From Polyangiales bacterium (GTDB taxonomy: Bacteria; Myxococcota_A; Polyangia; Polyangiales; Ga0077539), in contig JBGARZ010000001.1 in NCBI GenBank assembly GCA_044229975.1, positions 736,001 to 800,000 on the forward strand: 64,000 nt of DNA, given 5' to 3'. Positions 1-9,575 of the stretch are shown here, piece by piece. Below the pieces are notes generated by a model. That model saw nothing but the letters and a program-made list of their open reading frames with translations, made no database searches and had not been told where the DNA came from. The position numbers and the translations under genes are program-made. Every line of letters starts with the position of its first letter. Position 1 is the stretch's first letter.

Positions 1-962
1 GCCTCGCGGATGGTCCACGCGTCGGCCGTGACGGCGAGCTCGACGAGGCGGCCTTCGAGCGCGCGGAGACGCGCGTTGGTCATCGCGCCGCGCAGTCCCA
101 TGTTGGGCGTGTGGCGGTTCTGCGAGAGCACGTTGATGTGTGAGAGCGGGGTCTGGAAGGTCTCGGTGATGAGGCCCTGCACCACGGAGATGTCGTTGGG
201 CGCCTCGTCGAGCACGACGATGTCCTCGAAGGAGAGAAACTGCGACGACAGCGCGTTGGCCGTGCTGAAGCGCAGCCGCCCGAAGGAGGTCGCGATGGTG
301 AGCGGCTGGTACTCGATGCGCGCGTAGATCTGGTCGGTGGTGATCATCCGCGTTCCCGCGGGGAGGTCACGCGCGGTGACGGCCGCGGTGTCGGAGGTCG
401 GGTGCACCGCGAGCGCGGGGCCGAAGAAGGCCACCTGCTTCACGGCGTTGTAGAGGGTCGAGATCATCGCGGCGGAGGCGGTGTCGTAGGGCGAGAACTC
501 CAGCGCCCACACGCCGGGGCCTTCGTAGTGGGTGACGGCCGCGAGGATGAAGCGCCGGTCGGGGCTGAAGTACTCCGTGGTGTTGAACACCGACAGCGAT
601 GGAACCACCGGCATCCCGTTGCCCGACAGGTGCGTGGAAACAAAGCGGTAGTGGATCTGGAAGCGCTGGCTGTTCTGGAAGTACAGGTTGCCGTTGGTGC
701 GGTCGTAGACGACCTTCACCGAGCGCGCACCGGGGAGCGTGGTGTCGAGCGGTGCCGACGCGAGGGCGTTGAAGTCCGCGCTGCACTGCACCTGCCGCAG
801 CGAGTCCGGCGCCATGGTCGGGTCCGCGACCTGGCAGGTGCCCTCGACCAGCGTGACGGGGGTGTCCGTCGTCGCGGCGGGGCTCTCGTCGTCGGTGCAG
901 CGGGCGAAGGCCAGCAGCAGCGCGAGGAGCCCGGCGAGGTGTGGCGGGAGCCGCGGGTTCAT
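1..962 (-). CDS. Exported (probable lipoprotein) PEP-utiliser / PEP-pyruvate-binding family protein, runs off the left edge
   Basis: Not in the ORF track because its stop is outside the window. Manual translation from ATG at 962 (ATGA overlap with the upstream stop) gives MNPRLPPHLAGLLALLLAFARC... and later GLITETFQTPLSHINVLSQNRHTPN, which resembles the phosphohistidine swivel motif (TSHAAIxARELGIP) of PEP-utilising enzymes. Confidence 0.7.
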   Translation of the reverse strand, partial: MNPRLPPHLAGLLALLLAFARCTDDESPAATTDTPVTLVEGTCQVADPTMAPDSLRQVQCSADFNALASAPLDTTLPGARSVKVVYDRTNGNLYFQNSQRFQIHYRFVSTHLSGNGMPVVPSLSVFNTTEYFSPDRRFILAAVTHYEGPGVWALEFSPYDTASAAMISTLYNAVKQVAFFGPALAVHPTSDTAAVTARDLPAGTRMITTDQIYARIEYQPLTIATSFGRLRFSTANALSSQFLSFEDIVVLDEAPNDISVVQGLITETFQTPLSHINVLSQNRHTPNMGLRGAMTNARLRALEGRLVELAVTADAWTIRE

Positions 963-1939
963 GGCGTGAGCGCGAAGCAGTAGAAGCCGCCGTAGCCGCC
1001 GCCCGAGCCCACCGTCGGGATGGCGAGGTTGGGGGGGCCCATCTCGATGAGGCTCACGCCCGGCGCGCAGCCGGCCTCGTCGAGGGACGACATCCAGTGG
1101 TCCATGCTGCCGCCACCACCGCCACCGCCGCCGGTGTTGCGCGGCCAGGAGTGACCCACGCGGGGTCGGCCCTCGGTGGTGCGGTTGCCGAGCGCGCTGG
1201 TCCAGTCGAGGCACGTCGCCGTGGCGCCGTAGAGGCGGCCCGAGGCGTTGCTGCCCGTGAGCATGTCGTGGTTGTCGACCTGCCCTGCGGTCGGATCGGG
1301 TCGATGGTTGGGCACGCCGTCCTCGTTGGGGAAGTCGTTGCGGATGGCCGAGTGCGCCATCGTCGGGCGCGTCGCCGTGATGTCCGAGAGGGTCGTTCCG
1401 AAGAGGCGGCCGAGGCGGTCGTACCAGGGGCCCGACCCGATGCGGGTGATGGCGTGCACCTGGGCGCCCGTCCCGTCGTTGGTCGCGCTCAAGAACGCTC
1501 GCCACTGCTTGCGGCTCGACCCCGGCATGCTGCGCTCGGCGATGGCCGCACAGATGCGATCGGCCCCGCGGATGCCTGCGTTGGCGCCGGTCTCGCCGTA
1601 GCGCAGGTCGCCGCCAAAGCCGCTCGCGCTGCCGGAGAGGTCTTGCAGCGCGCGCAGGCTGGTGACGAAGAAGCTGAAGCGCGGGAGCTCGCCCACGTCC
1701 CCCGCGACGCCGACGTCCGTCACGGCAGTGCCTGCGTCGACCACGGGAGTGATGCCTGCGTCGATCACCGGAGTCACGCCGACGTCGTTCGTGGTGGTGC
1801 TGCCTGTGTCGGTCGGGGTCACCGTCACGACGTCCGACCCGGCGCCGCTGTCGGTGTTCTGGATGATGATGATGTCGCCGCACCCGAGGGCGCCCAACGC
1901 GAGGCAGCCCAGCCAACGGTTCCAGTGTCGTGCGCTCAT
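959..1939 (-). CDS. Lipoprotein with endostatin/DUF1554-like (C-type-lectin-like) domain
   Basis: Start MSARHWNRWLGCLALGALGC (lipobox) with RBS AAGGAG upstream; GADRICAAIA...WRAFLSA...GPWYD...FYCFA pattern. The track ORF 959..2659 is over-extended. Confidence 0.7.
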   Translation of the reverse strand: MSARHWNRWLGCLALGALGCGDIIIIQNTDSGAGSDVVTVTPTDTGSTTTNDVGVTPVIDAGITPVVDAGTAVTDVGVAGDVGELPRFSFFVTSLRALQDLSGSASGFGGDLRYGETGANAGIRGADRICAAIAERSMPGSSRKQWRAFLSATNDGTGAQVHAITRIGSGPWYDRLGRLFGTTLSDITATRPTMAHSAIRNDFPNEDGVPNHRPDPTAGQVDNHDMLTGSNASGRLYGATATCLDWTSALGNRTTEGRPRVGHSWPRNTGGGGGGGGSMDHWMSSLDEAGCAPGVSLIEMGPPNLAIPTVGSGGGYGGFYCFALTP

Positions 1940-1953
1940 GGTCGTCGCTCCTT

Positions 1954-2967
1954 TCATCCGCAGGTGAGGTCGGCGCGGCAGGTGCCCGCATCGCCGCAGT
2001 CGGTGTCGCTGGTGCACGATCGCAGCCCGGGGATCGTCACCGGCGTCTCCACGCCCGACGACACCACCAGCTCGACGCGCCCCGCAGGCAGCGGCGCCGA
2101 CCCGATGGCCTCGCGCGTCACCACCACCGTGGGGTAGCCCGCGACGCCCAGCGCCAGCAGCCGCGTCACCAGGTTGGCCCCGATGCTGAGCTCGCCGTCG
2201 TCCGCGGTGTCGCACTCGATCTTGCCGCGCGTCCCGCCGTGGTGGCTGATGTCCAGGTGCACCAGCACGCGCTGCCCGGTCTGCGTCGGCGCCGTCCACC
2301 GCAACGCAAACGCCGTCCCGGTCGCCAGGTTGAGCGCGCCCGTCGCCAGCGCGAGCGGCGCGATGCCCCGCGTCTCCAGCGCAAACGCCGACGCCCACGC
2401 GCTGCCGCCCGCCTCGACGCGCAGCGCATCGCCCTCCGCAAACGCCGGGTACGGCAGCTCGACGGAGGTCTGATACGCGTTGGCCACGGTGACCATCTCG
2501 AAGCTCGTCGCGCCGTCCGAGGTGCGAACGCCGGTCACCCGCACCGTCCCTACGCTCTGCGACGCGGGGTACGGACGACAGGTGTTGTTCTCGACGCACA
2601 CCGCGCTGCCGCCGCACGGCGTCGCGCAAAACGGAACCCGCGGCGTGACCAGCCGACAATCACCATCGACCGCGGCCTCTTCCCACACGAGCTGCGCGGG
2701 CGTGGGGCCGTCCTGCACGCGACCCACGACCGAGGTGTACCCGGGGCCCGCGTCGGTGCCCGCGATGAGCTGAACCTGGAAGGTTCCGATGACCGCGTCG
2801 GTGGCGACGCCTCCGTCGGTGGCGGTGGTGCCGCGATCGGTGACGGCGCCCGCGTCGGTCACGCTGGCGTCGCTCGCGGGGGTGCTCGATCCGCAGGCGG
2901 ACAGGGCGAAGGCAAGGAGGGAGGGAGCGCACCAGCGGTGCGCACTCGAAGGCTTCAGTTCGGGCAT
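1954..2967 (-). CDS. Cys-containing lipoprotein of unknown function
   Basis: MPELKPSS...LLAFALSAC lipobox, DAS/DAG linker, C-terminal CTSDTDCGDAGTCRADLTC. Confidence 0.75.
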   Translation of the reverse strand: MPELKPSSAHRWCAPSLLAFALSACGSSTPASDASVTDAGAVTDRGTTATDGGVATDAVIGTFQVQLIAGTDAGPGYTSVVGRVQDGPTPAQLVWEEAAVDGDCRLVTPRVPFCATPCGGSAVCVENNTCRPYPASQSVGTVRVTGVRTSDGATSFEMVTVANAYQTSVELPYPAFAEGDALRVEAGGSAWASAFALETRGIAPLALATGALNLATGTAFALRWTAPTQTGQRVLVHLDISHHGGTRGKIECDTADDGELSIGANLVTRLLALGVAGYPTVVVTREAIGSAPLPAGRVELVVSSGVETPVTIPGLRSCTSDTDCGDAGTCRADLTCG

Positions 2968-2971
2968 TGGG

Positions 2972-3595
2972 TCATCCCTTCTCGACCGACCCATCCCGGG
3001 GACCGGGGCGGTAGGTCACGATGAGCTCGGCGCTGTCGTGGAGGAGGTCGACGTTTTCGACGACGACCCGTGAGCACTGCGCCCCGAGGCGCTTGGAGAG
3101 GTCGGCCAGCAGGGCGGCGCGCTGGTCGGCCTGGAGGAGTTCGAGGCGGTCGTAGCGGACCATCACGGTGTCCTCGTGGCGGCCCCACTGCCCGAGTTCG
3201 AGCACGGCGAGGACGGTGAGCAGCGCGGCGTCGATGAGCACCACCCGCGCGAGGTCGGCGGCGTGGGCCGCGACGCCGTTGAGGATCGCGAGCCCGATGA
3301 CCGTGAAGAGGTACGTGAGGTCGCGGATGCGCATCGCCTCGGTGCGGTACCGGAGGATGCCGAACACCGCGAAGAGGCCGAGCGAGAGGCCCATCTCGAC
3401 GCGCACGCCCGCGAGCATGTAGGCGACCGAGAAGGTGATGAGGTTGAGCAGCCAGTACGTGAACGCGTACTCGCGGCGCGGATAGAGCCGCACGTAGACG
3501 ACCTGCACCACGATGAAGGTGGCCACGAGGTCGAGGAGCAGGCGCGGCGCGAAGGAGACGAGGGCACTGAGGAGAAGCTCGAAGGCGTGGTGCAT
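2972..3595 (-). CDS. DUF4956-like membrane protein
   Basis: Several TM helices with GLSLGLFAVFGILRYRTEAMRIRDLTYLF; directly downstream of, and overlapping the stop of, a VTC-domain gene, the usual pairing. Confidence 0.85.
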   Translation of the reverse strand: MHHAFELLLSALVSFAPRLLLDLVATFIVVQVVYVRLYPRREYAFTYWLLNLITFSVAYMLAGVRVEMGLSLGLFAVFGILRYRTEAMRIRDLTYLFTVIGLAILNGVAAHAADLARVVLIDAALLTVLAVLELGQWGRHEDTVMVRYDRLELLQADQRAALLADLSKRLGAQCSRVVVENVDLLHDSAELIVTYRPGPRDGSVEKG

Positions 3596-4461
3596 CAGCG
3601 GCCCCTTTCGATGGCGCGGAGCGACGGGCGGAAGGCGTTGGCGGGCTCGTCGCCGAGCAGCGCGATGGCCATGCAGTACTTGCTGAACGAGAGCAGACGC
3701 GCCTGGTGCTGGCGCAGCGCGCACACGAGCGGTGAGGCGGGGCCGCGGCCGACGTCCTTCACCTCGACGACCACCATGGAGTCGACCACGCGCCGCGCGT
3801 CGGCCCGCTCGAAGGTGACCTGGAAGTCGAGGGTCGCGCGCTCGACGGAGGTTGCGTTGACCAGCATGAGGCGGTGGAAGAGCGTGCGCGCCTGCGGGAC
3901 GATCTCCCCGTCGGAGTAGATGCGCGGCACCGCGGCGAGCAGCAGCGCGCGGTCGGTGGACGTGAGCTCGGTGGTCATCTCGGGGCGCTTCCAGCGGAGC
4001 TTGCGGGTGTCGCCGCGCGCCGTCTTCTCCTTGTATTCGAGCATGGAGATTTCGCGGTCGACGTAGTTGCGCACGCGCAGCTTGAAGCGCGGGCGGCGGC
4101 CCCGGCGGTGGTCGTGGTAGCTGCGGAGCGACGCGGTATCGAAGTAGACCGTGTCGTAGAGGGCGAGGCGCTCTTCGCGCGCGAGCACCACGCGGTAGTC
4201 GTTGGTCAGCGCCCCGACGACGGCGAGCGCCTGGCTCGCGGGCAGCAGGAACTTCCGGTCGTAGCGGCGTTCGAGGGCGGCCCGTTCGAGCTCGGTGGCG
4301 CTGGCGACGGCGAAGCGCGCGGCGAGGTCGGCCATGGGGCCGGTGCGCGGGTCGACGGGAGGGGCGGGCGGGCGCGCGCTCACGATCGGGAAGGACCCCG
4401 AAGGGCGCCGCGAGTCAACGACGATGGGACGCGCGGCGGCGGGTTCGAGGAGCGACTGCAT
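3595..4461 (-). CDS. VTC (polyphosphate polymerase) domain protein
   Basis: RRYDRKFLL, YDTVYFDT, RFKLRVRNY, LEYKEK, ERATLDF, VVEVK and FSKYC motifs. The start could be further in (MADLAARF). Confidence 0.85.
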   Translation of the reverse strand: MQSLLEPAAARPIVVDSRRPSGSFPIVSARPPAPPVDPRTGPMADLAARFAVASATELERAALERRYDRKFLLPASQALAVVGALTNDYRVVLAREERLALYDTVYFDTASLRSYHDHRRGRRPRFKLRVRNYVDREISMLEYKEKTARGDTRKLRWKRPEMTTELTSTDRALLLAAVPRIYSDGEIVPQARTLFHRLMLVNATSVERATLDFQVTFERADARRVVDSMVVVEVKDVGRGPASPLVCALRQHQARLLSFSKYCMAIALLGDEPANAFRPSLRAIERGR

Positions 4462-4550
4462 GAAGACGACAGGGCCTCTCGGACGGCGTGCTGACCGACC
4501 GTGTGGAAGTGCGAGGAGGACTTCAGAGGGCGGGAGCGGCGCCCCTCACT

Positions 4551-4591
4551 CCATGAATGGGACCTGACCCGGGGTCGCTTCACGCAAAATC
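4551..4591 (-). promoter_or_regulatory. Putative ECF promoter GAAGC-N17-CATTC driving the VTC operon
   Basis: Minus strand GATTTTGCGTGAAGC-gaccccgggtcaggtcc-CATTCATGG; same layout and same CATTCATGG as the site before sigma-1. Confidence 0.65.
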
Positions 4592-4626
4592 CACCGCGAT
4601 GTTTCATGTTGCGATATGACCCCATC

Positions 4627-5616
4627 GTGGACCGCGCGTGGAGGCTCGCGACGCTGAGCCTGGCGTCGCTGTCGATGGCAGGGACGGCGGCGGGCGCCCA
4701 GGAGACCGGGCGGTTTCGCTACGCCTGGGCGCGCGACGAGGGCGCCGAACGCTGCCCCGACGGCCCCACCATCGCCCGCGACGTCGCGCGGCGGTTGGGT
4801 CGCGATCCCTTCGTGACGGTGAGCGGAGCGCCCTCCATCGAAGCGATGGTGCGCCGCGAGGGGTCGTCCTGGGTGGCCCGCCTCGTGGTGCGCGACGCGG
4901 GCGGCGGCCTCGTCGGCACGCGTGAGTTCACCAGCACCTCGGCCGACTGCACCGCCATCGCCTCGGCCGTCACGCTCGGGGTCGCGCTCTCCATCGATCC
5001 AGAGGCCGCGCTCCGACCGCCCCCGACCGAAGCGCCGCCCACCGCTCAACCAGTGACCCCGCCCGACGTCTCGCCTGCCCGCATCACACCGCCGACTCCC
5101 TGGTGGCGGCGGGCATCGGCGAGCGCGCGCGTGTCCGTGATGGCGGGACTGCTACCGGGCGCGGGCGTCGGGCTCTCGCTGGGCGCCGAGGGTGGGCCGC
5201 TGCCGTTGCTGCGAGTCGGCGCGGGGATGTCGTTCTTCCCCGAGTCGGCGACGACGTCGGGGGCGTACGCGTTCGGGTTGGCGACGGGCTGGGTCACCGC
5301 GTGTCTCGAACCATGGCGCGGTGTGCGCGCGGCGTTGGGGTTCTGCGCGCGGGTCGACGTGGGGGCGCTACAGGCCGTCGTGATGCGGGGCATCCCGCTG
5401 GGTGCCGGACAGCAGGTGTGGGGCGCGGTCACCCTCGCGCCGCGGTTGCGTCTCCACATCGCGGGGCCGGTTGCGGCCGAGCTCGGCGTCGAAGCGATGG
5501 TTCCCTTCGCGCGGCACCGCTTCAACGTCGACAGAAACACCGTGTTTCAGCAGGGAGTCGGCGGGAGCTTCGTGGCGCTCGGAGGATTCCTGGGGCTCGC
5601 CTTGCAGTTTCGCTGA
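4627..5616 (+). CDS. Secreted / outer-membrane beta-barrel-like protein of ECF module 1
   Basis: Signal peptide, N-domain WARDEGAERCPDG...RRLGRDPF...DCTAIASAVTLGVALSIDP, Pro-rich linker, amphipathic strands ending LALQFR. Paralog of 41737..42702. GTG start chosen tentatively. Confidence 0.7.
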   Translation: MDRAWRLATLSLASLSMAGTAAGAQETGRFRYAWARDEGAERCPDGPTIARDVARRLGRDPFVTVSGAPSIEAMVRREGSSWVARLVVRDAGGGLVGTREFTSTSADCTAIASAVTLGVALSIDPEAALRPPPTEAPPTAQPVTPPDVSPARITPPTPWWRRASASARVSVMAGLLPGAGVGLSLGAEGGPLPLLRVGAGMSFFPESATTSGAYAFGLATGWVTACLEPWRGVRAALGFCARVDVGALQAVVMRGIPLGAGQQVWGAVTLAPRLRLHIAGPVAAELGVEAMVPFARHRFNVDRNTVFQQGVGGSFVALGGFLGLALQFR

Positions 5617-5645
5617 AGGGGGGACAACCCCAACGACATTCATGG
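5606..5645 (+). promoter_or_regulatory. Putative autoregulatory ECF promoter GAAGG-N17-CATTC
   Basis: GAAGG at 5615-5619, 17-nt spacer, CATTC at 5637-5641, just before the sigma gene. Confidence 0.65.
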
Positions 5646-5650
5646 GCCGG

Positions 5651-6223
5651 ATGTACCAGACGCTCGCCAGCCCCCTGACCGCGGACGCCCCCCGAGCGCT
5701 CGACCTCAACGAGGTCTATGCCGCGCACGCGGACTTCGTGTGGGCCTCGCTCCAGCGGCTGGGGGTTCGGCCGAGCGACCTCGACGACATGCTCCAGGAA
5801 GTCTTCATGATCGTGCACCAGCGGCTGCACACCTTCGATCACAGCTCGAAGGTCACGACGTGGCTCTTCGGGGTGTGCCTGCGGGCGGCGTCGGACTACC
5901 GACGTCGGGCGTGGCGTCGGCGCGAGAGCGTCGGCGACGAGCCGGTGGAGGAGCCCGGTGGCTCGCACGAGACGACCCCCGAAGACGATGCAGCAGGCAG
6001 CGAAGCGAGGGAGCGCCTCGACGCCGTGCTCGACGAGCTCGACGTGGAGAAGCGCGCGGTGTTCGTGATGTTCGAGGTGGAGGAAATGGGCTGTGATGAG
6101 ATCGCCGCCCTGGTGGGCGTGCCCGTCGGCACCATCTACTCGCGTCTGCACTCCGCGCGAAAGCAGTTCGAGAAGGCGCTCGCCCGACAGAAGGCGCGGG
6201 ACGTTCATGGAGGTGCGCGATGA
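5651..6223 (+). CDS. ECF RNA polymerase sigma factor (sigma-1)
   Basis: Region 2 (HADFVWASLQRLGV...DDMLQEVF...TTWLFGVC) and region 4 (KRAVFVMFEVEEM...EIAALVGVPVGTIYSRLHSARKQF). An alternative ATG lies at 5642. Confidence 0.92.
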   Translation: MYQTLASPLTADAPRALDLNEVYAAHADFVWASLQRLGVRPSDLDDMLQEVFMIVHQRLHTFDHSSKVTTWLFGVCLRAASDYRRRAWRRRESVGDEPVEEPGGSHETTPEDDAAGSEARERLDAVLDELDVEKRAVFVMFEVEEMGCDEIAALVGVPVGTIYSRLHSARKQFEKALARQKARDVHGGAR

Positions 6224-7116
6224 GTGACCCGATTCGCTGGCGGGCGCCCGGCGGCGGCGCTCCCTCCGGGGCGCGCGACCTGCTCCGTCACGCCTCGGCG
6301 CCGAAGGCACTGAGCGCCGCACACCGGGCCCACCACGCGGCGGTGCTCGCGAAGGCTACGGCGGCGGTCGGCGCGGGCACCGGGGCGGCCGCGGGGACCA
6401 AGCTGGCCCTGGGCGCGAAGCTCTTCGCGAGCGGCAAGCTGGTGGTCATCGGGCTCGCGTCGGTGGCCGTCGTCGCGGTGGCCACGGCGACCATCCGCCA
6501 GCCCGCGGTGCAGCCCACGGCGCCGGTCGCGCAGGTCCACGTCGCGCCGCGCGAAGACGCACCCGTCTCGCCCGCGAGGGTCGCGGAGCCCGTGGTGCCG
6601 GAGACGTCGCCGCCGCCTGCGGTCGAGCCCGTCGCGGCACCTGTCGTCGAGCCGGTGGTTGCGGTCACAGCACCTGTCGCGCGCCACACTGCGCCATCGG
6701 TCGCTGCTCCCTCTGCGATCGCTGCGGCGAGCGGCGATCCGGCACCAGCGCCCACCGCCGAAACCACCGCTGACCCCACACCCGCCACGGGTGGTGGGGT
6801 CGTCGTCGCGCCGACGATCGCCACGGCAGCCGCGCCGATGCCGCCGGAAGATCCGCTCGCCGTCGAGGCGCGCCTCATGGAGCGGGCGTGGCGTTCGCTG
6901 GCGTCCGATCCGCACGACGCGCTCGCGATCGTCCAACAGCACGAGCGGGAGTTTCCCAACGGCCAGAGTGCTGCTGACCGTGACTGGATCGCCGTCCAGG
7001 CGCTCCGCTCGCTCGGGCGCACCGCCGAGACCCGCGCCCGCGCCCAGGCGCTCATCGCGCATCACCCGCGAAGTCCCTACGTCCAGCGCGCGCGGGATAT
7101 CCTCGACGCTCCATGA
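6220..7116 (+). CDS. Putative anti-sigma factor (one TM, Pro-rich linker, C-terminal TPR-like helices)
   Basis: ATGA-coupled to the sigma gene; C-terminus EARLMERAWRSLASDPHDALA...ALRSLGR...HPRSPY. Paralog of 40350..41105. Confidence 0.7.
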   Translation: MSDPIRWRAPGGGAPSGARDLLRHASAPKALSAAHRAHHAAVLAKATAAVGAGTGAAAGTKLALGAKLFASGKLVVIGLASVAVVAVATATIRQPAVQPTAPVAQVHVAPREDAPVSPARVAEPVVPETSPPPAVEPVAAPVVEPVVAVTAPVARHTAPSVAAPSAIAAASGDPAPAPTAETTADPTPATGGGVVVAPTIATAAAPMPPEDPLAVEARLMERAWRSLASDPHDALAIVQQHEREFPNGQSAADRDWIAVQALRSLGRTAETRARAQALIAHHPRSPYVQRARDILDAP

Positions 7117-8066
7117 GCTGGCCTCCCGCGTCGACCGCTCTGCTTCTCGCCGTCGCTCTCTCCGCCTGTACGCCCGACGTCGATCTCGCGACCTCCGCCG
7201 CACCCGATGCATCTCCGCCCCGCTGGGCCGTCGTCGCCAGCACCACGCCCGTCGACCTCCGCGCCATCCACGGCACCGCCGCCGATGACATCTGGGCCGT
7301 CGGCGACAATGGCGTCGCACTCCACTGGGACGGTTCCCGCTGGAGCGCCGTCGCCACCAACACGTCCGTCGACCTCGTCGGTGTCTGGGCCCACACGCGC
7401 GACGACGCCTGGGCCTTCGGTGGTGGCAACCCCGGCGGCCCGCGCTTCCTCCGCTGGAACGGCACCGCCTGGAACCCCGTCACCCCGAGCCTCCCCCGCC
7501 CCATCTTCCCGCGCGCCGTCTGGGGCGCCGACAACCACGTCTGGTTTGTCGGTGAAGCCATGGGAGGCGATCCGCCCATCTACCACTGGGACGGCACCAG
7601 CTTCGGGCCCGAGATGGTCCCGACCCGCCCGCAGCAGCTCGTCGGCATCACCGCCGCCAGCGCCGACGACGCCTGGACCGTCAGCGATCGTGTGATCGCC
7701 CGCCGGGTCAGCGGCAACTGGACCCTTCCCTTGCCGCCACCGCCCAGCGGTCCTCCCTTCGCCGGCGCGATGTGCGCGACCCGCGGCGGCGTGTGGGCCG
7801 CCGTCGAAGGCGGCCCCGTCCTGCGCGGCAACGGAAGCGGCTGGAACCCCACCACACCTCCCACCTCGACCACGCTGCGCGCCCTCTGGTGCGACCGCAC
7901 CGATGACGTCTGGGCCCTCGACGGCAGCGCCCGCATCCTCCACTTCCACGACTCCGCGTGGACCGTCGAGCCCTTGCCCCGCGGCGACCTCTCGGCGCTC
8001 TGGGGCGTCGGCAACGAGCTCTGGGCCGTCGGCGCCCGCGGCACCATTCTCCGGTCCAACCCGTAG
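7113..8066 (+). CDS. Beta-propeller repeat lipoprotein
   Basis: LSAC lipobox; repeated L-x-[AG]-[VIL]-[WH]-G...D-[AVI]-W-A-V-G...[LY]HWDG units. Confidence 0.8.
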   Translation: MSWPPASTALLLAVALSACTPDVDLATSAAPDASPPRWAVVASTTPVDLRAIHGTAADDIWAVGDNGVALHWDGSRWSAVATNTSVDLVGVWAHTRDDAWAFGGGNPGGPRFLRWNGTAWNPVTPSLPRPIFPRAVWGADNHVWFVGEAMGGDPPIYHWDGTSFGPEMVPTRPQQLVGITAASADDAWTVSDRVIARRVSGNWTLPLPPPPSGPPFAGAMCATRGGVWAAVEGGPVLRGNGSGWNPTTPPTSTTLRALWCDRTDDVWALDGSARILHFHDSAWTVEPLPRGDLSALWGVGNELWAVGARGTILRSNP

Positions 8067-8156
8067 TCCGCCTCCCCGCTCCGCACCTGTCACGCGAACG
8101 CCGCAATCGACCGCGGCGGCTCTGATAGACGTGGCCGCAGCGAGGTCAGCGAACCT

Positions 8157-9557
8157 GTGGTGAAGCGCGCAGCTCTGTGGTCCATCGCCCTGGCGGGCGT
8201 CTCGATCGGCCTCTCCCTTCCGCGGGAGGCCCATGCAGTCCGGGTGTGGGAGGAGGCACGAGCGGGATGGGTTCCGCCCGGCGGCATCGGCCCCGGGGGA
8301 CTCTCCCTCTCCAACATGTTCACGGGCTCCGGCGCGTCGCCCGACCTGCGCGCGCCCGACTTCGTGCCGCCCCTCGCCGCGGGCGGTCACGTGGGCTCCA
8401 GCCGCTACCCCGAAGGCGTCGCCGAGCGCTGGCTCGACATCGGCTTCTTCGCGCAGCCGCAGTTCATCTACCAGACCGGCTACGACTCCGATCAATCGTC
8501 CAACTTCTCGCTCCCCTTGGGCGTGAGCCTGCCGCGCACCCGCGTGGTCATCCACGGCCAGGTGCACCCGCTCCTCCAGATGCGCTTCGAGTTCAACATG
8601 TCGAACAACCTCGACCTGCTCGACGCCTACGCCCTCGTCCCCATCCGCCGCTGGCTCCAGGTGCAGATCGGGCAGTTCCGCGTGCCGTTCTCCCGCCAGG
8701 AGCTCGTCTCCGGGTCGCGCTACCAGTTCACCGAGCGCGCGCTCTGGGCCGGCAACGCCAACGCCTCGGGCGTGCGCTTCATCCCCAGCTTCGACCTCGG
8801 CGGCATGGTCTGGGGCTGGGTCGGCCCCCGCGACATCTTCGAGTACTACGCCGGCTTCTGGAACGGTAAGGGTCGCAACGCCGCCTTCAATCTGGACAGC
8901 AACCTCCTCTACGCGGGCCGCGTCGCCATCAATCCCCTCGGTCGTCCGCGCGCGTTGCAGGAAGGCGCCATCAACCTGCCGCAGACCGCCACCCTCGCCA
9001 TCGGACTCAACGCCGCGTACCAGGTGCGCCAGGTCGGGCTCGTCACGCTCCCCGGGCAGACCGCCGCCGTCCCCAACCGCATCGACGTCACTTCCCTCGG
9101 CGCCGACGTCTTCTTCGCCGCGCGCGGCTTCTCGGCTTACGGAGAGGTGTACTTCCGCGACACGCAGGAGACCGACACCGCGGCCGCGCCCAACACCCAG
9201 TCCCTCGGCTGGCTCGTGCAAGCCGGGTACTTCATCCCGACGCCCGCGCTACGCAACCACCTCGAAGTCGTCGCCCGCGCGCAGAGCTTCGACCCGTCCA
9301 ACTGCTACACGGTCAGCGCCGGCGACAACTGCGGTCAGCGACCGCCCGCGTCGCAGTCGCGCGAGGTGTACCGCGACTTCATGTTCGCCCGCGCCTACAC
9401 CTTCGGCGTCAACTGGTACCAGCTCGGACACGGTTTCAAGATCCAGGCGCAGTACACGATCAACACCGAGCACCGCGACGTCACCAACGACCGTCGCCCC
9501 GGTAGCGGTGTCGTCGCCAACGACCTCTTCTCCCTGCTCCTCACCGGCTCGTTCTGA
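8157..9557 (+). CDS. Phosphate-selective porin O/P family outer-membrane protein
   Basis: LLDAY, QVQIGQFRVPFSRQEL, YAGFWNGKG, GWLVQAGY, GVNWY and a C-terminal Phe. Confidence 0.8.
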   Translation: MVKRAALWSIALAGVSIGLSLPREAHAVRVWEEARAGWVPPGGIGPGGLSLSNMFTGSGASPDLRAPDFVPPLAAGGHVGSSRYPEGVAERWLDIGFFAQPQFIYQTGYDSDQSSNFSLPLGVSLPRTRVVIHGQVHPLLQMRFEFNMSNNLDLLDAYALVPIRRWLQVQIGQFRVPFSRQELVSGSRYQFTERALWAGNANASGVRFIPSFDLGGMVWGWVGPRDIFEYYAGFWNGKGRNAAFNLDSNLLYAGRVAINPLGRPRALQEGAINLPQTATLAIGLNAAYQVRQVGLVTLPGQTAAVPNRIDVTSLGADVFFAARGFSAYGEVYFRDTQETDTAAAPNTQSLGWLVQAGYFIPTPALRNHLEVVARAQSFDPSNCYTVSAGDNCGQRPPASQSREVYRDFMFARAYTFGVNWYQLGHGFKIQAQYTINTEHRDVTNDRRPGSGVVANDLFSLLLTGSF

Positions 9558-9575
9558 GCGCCGCGAGACACCACC

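Noticed and set aside
4524..4551. Sixth copy of the ECF motif on the + strand (AGAGG-N17-CACTC)
   Set aside because: The -35 does not match GAAG[G/C] and the upstream extension is missing; possible but unsupported.
8087..8105. Pho box upstream of the porin gene
   Set aside because: Only one CTGTCAC half-site; the second repeat is too degenerate.
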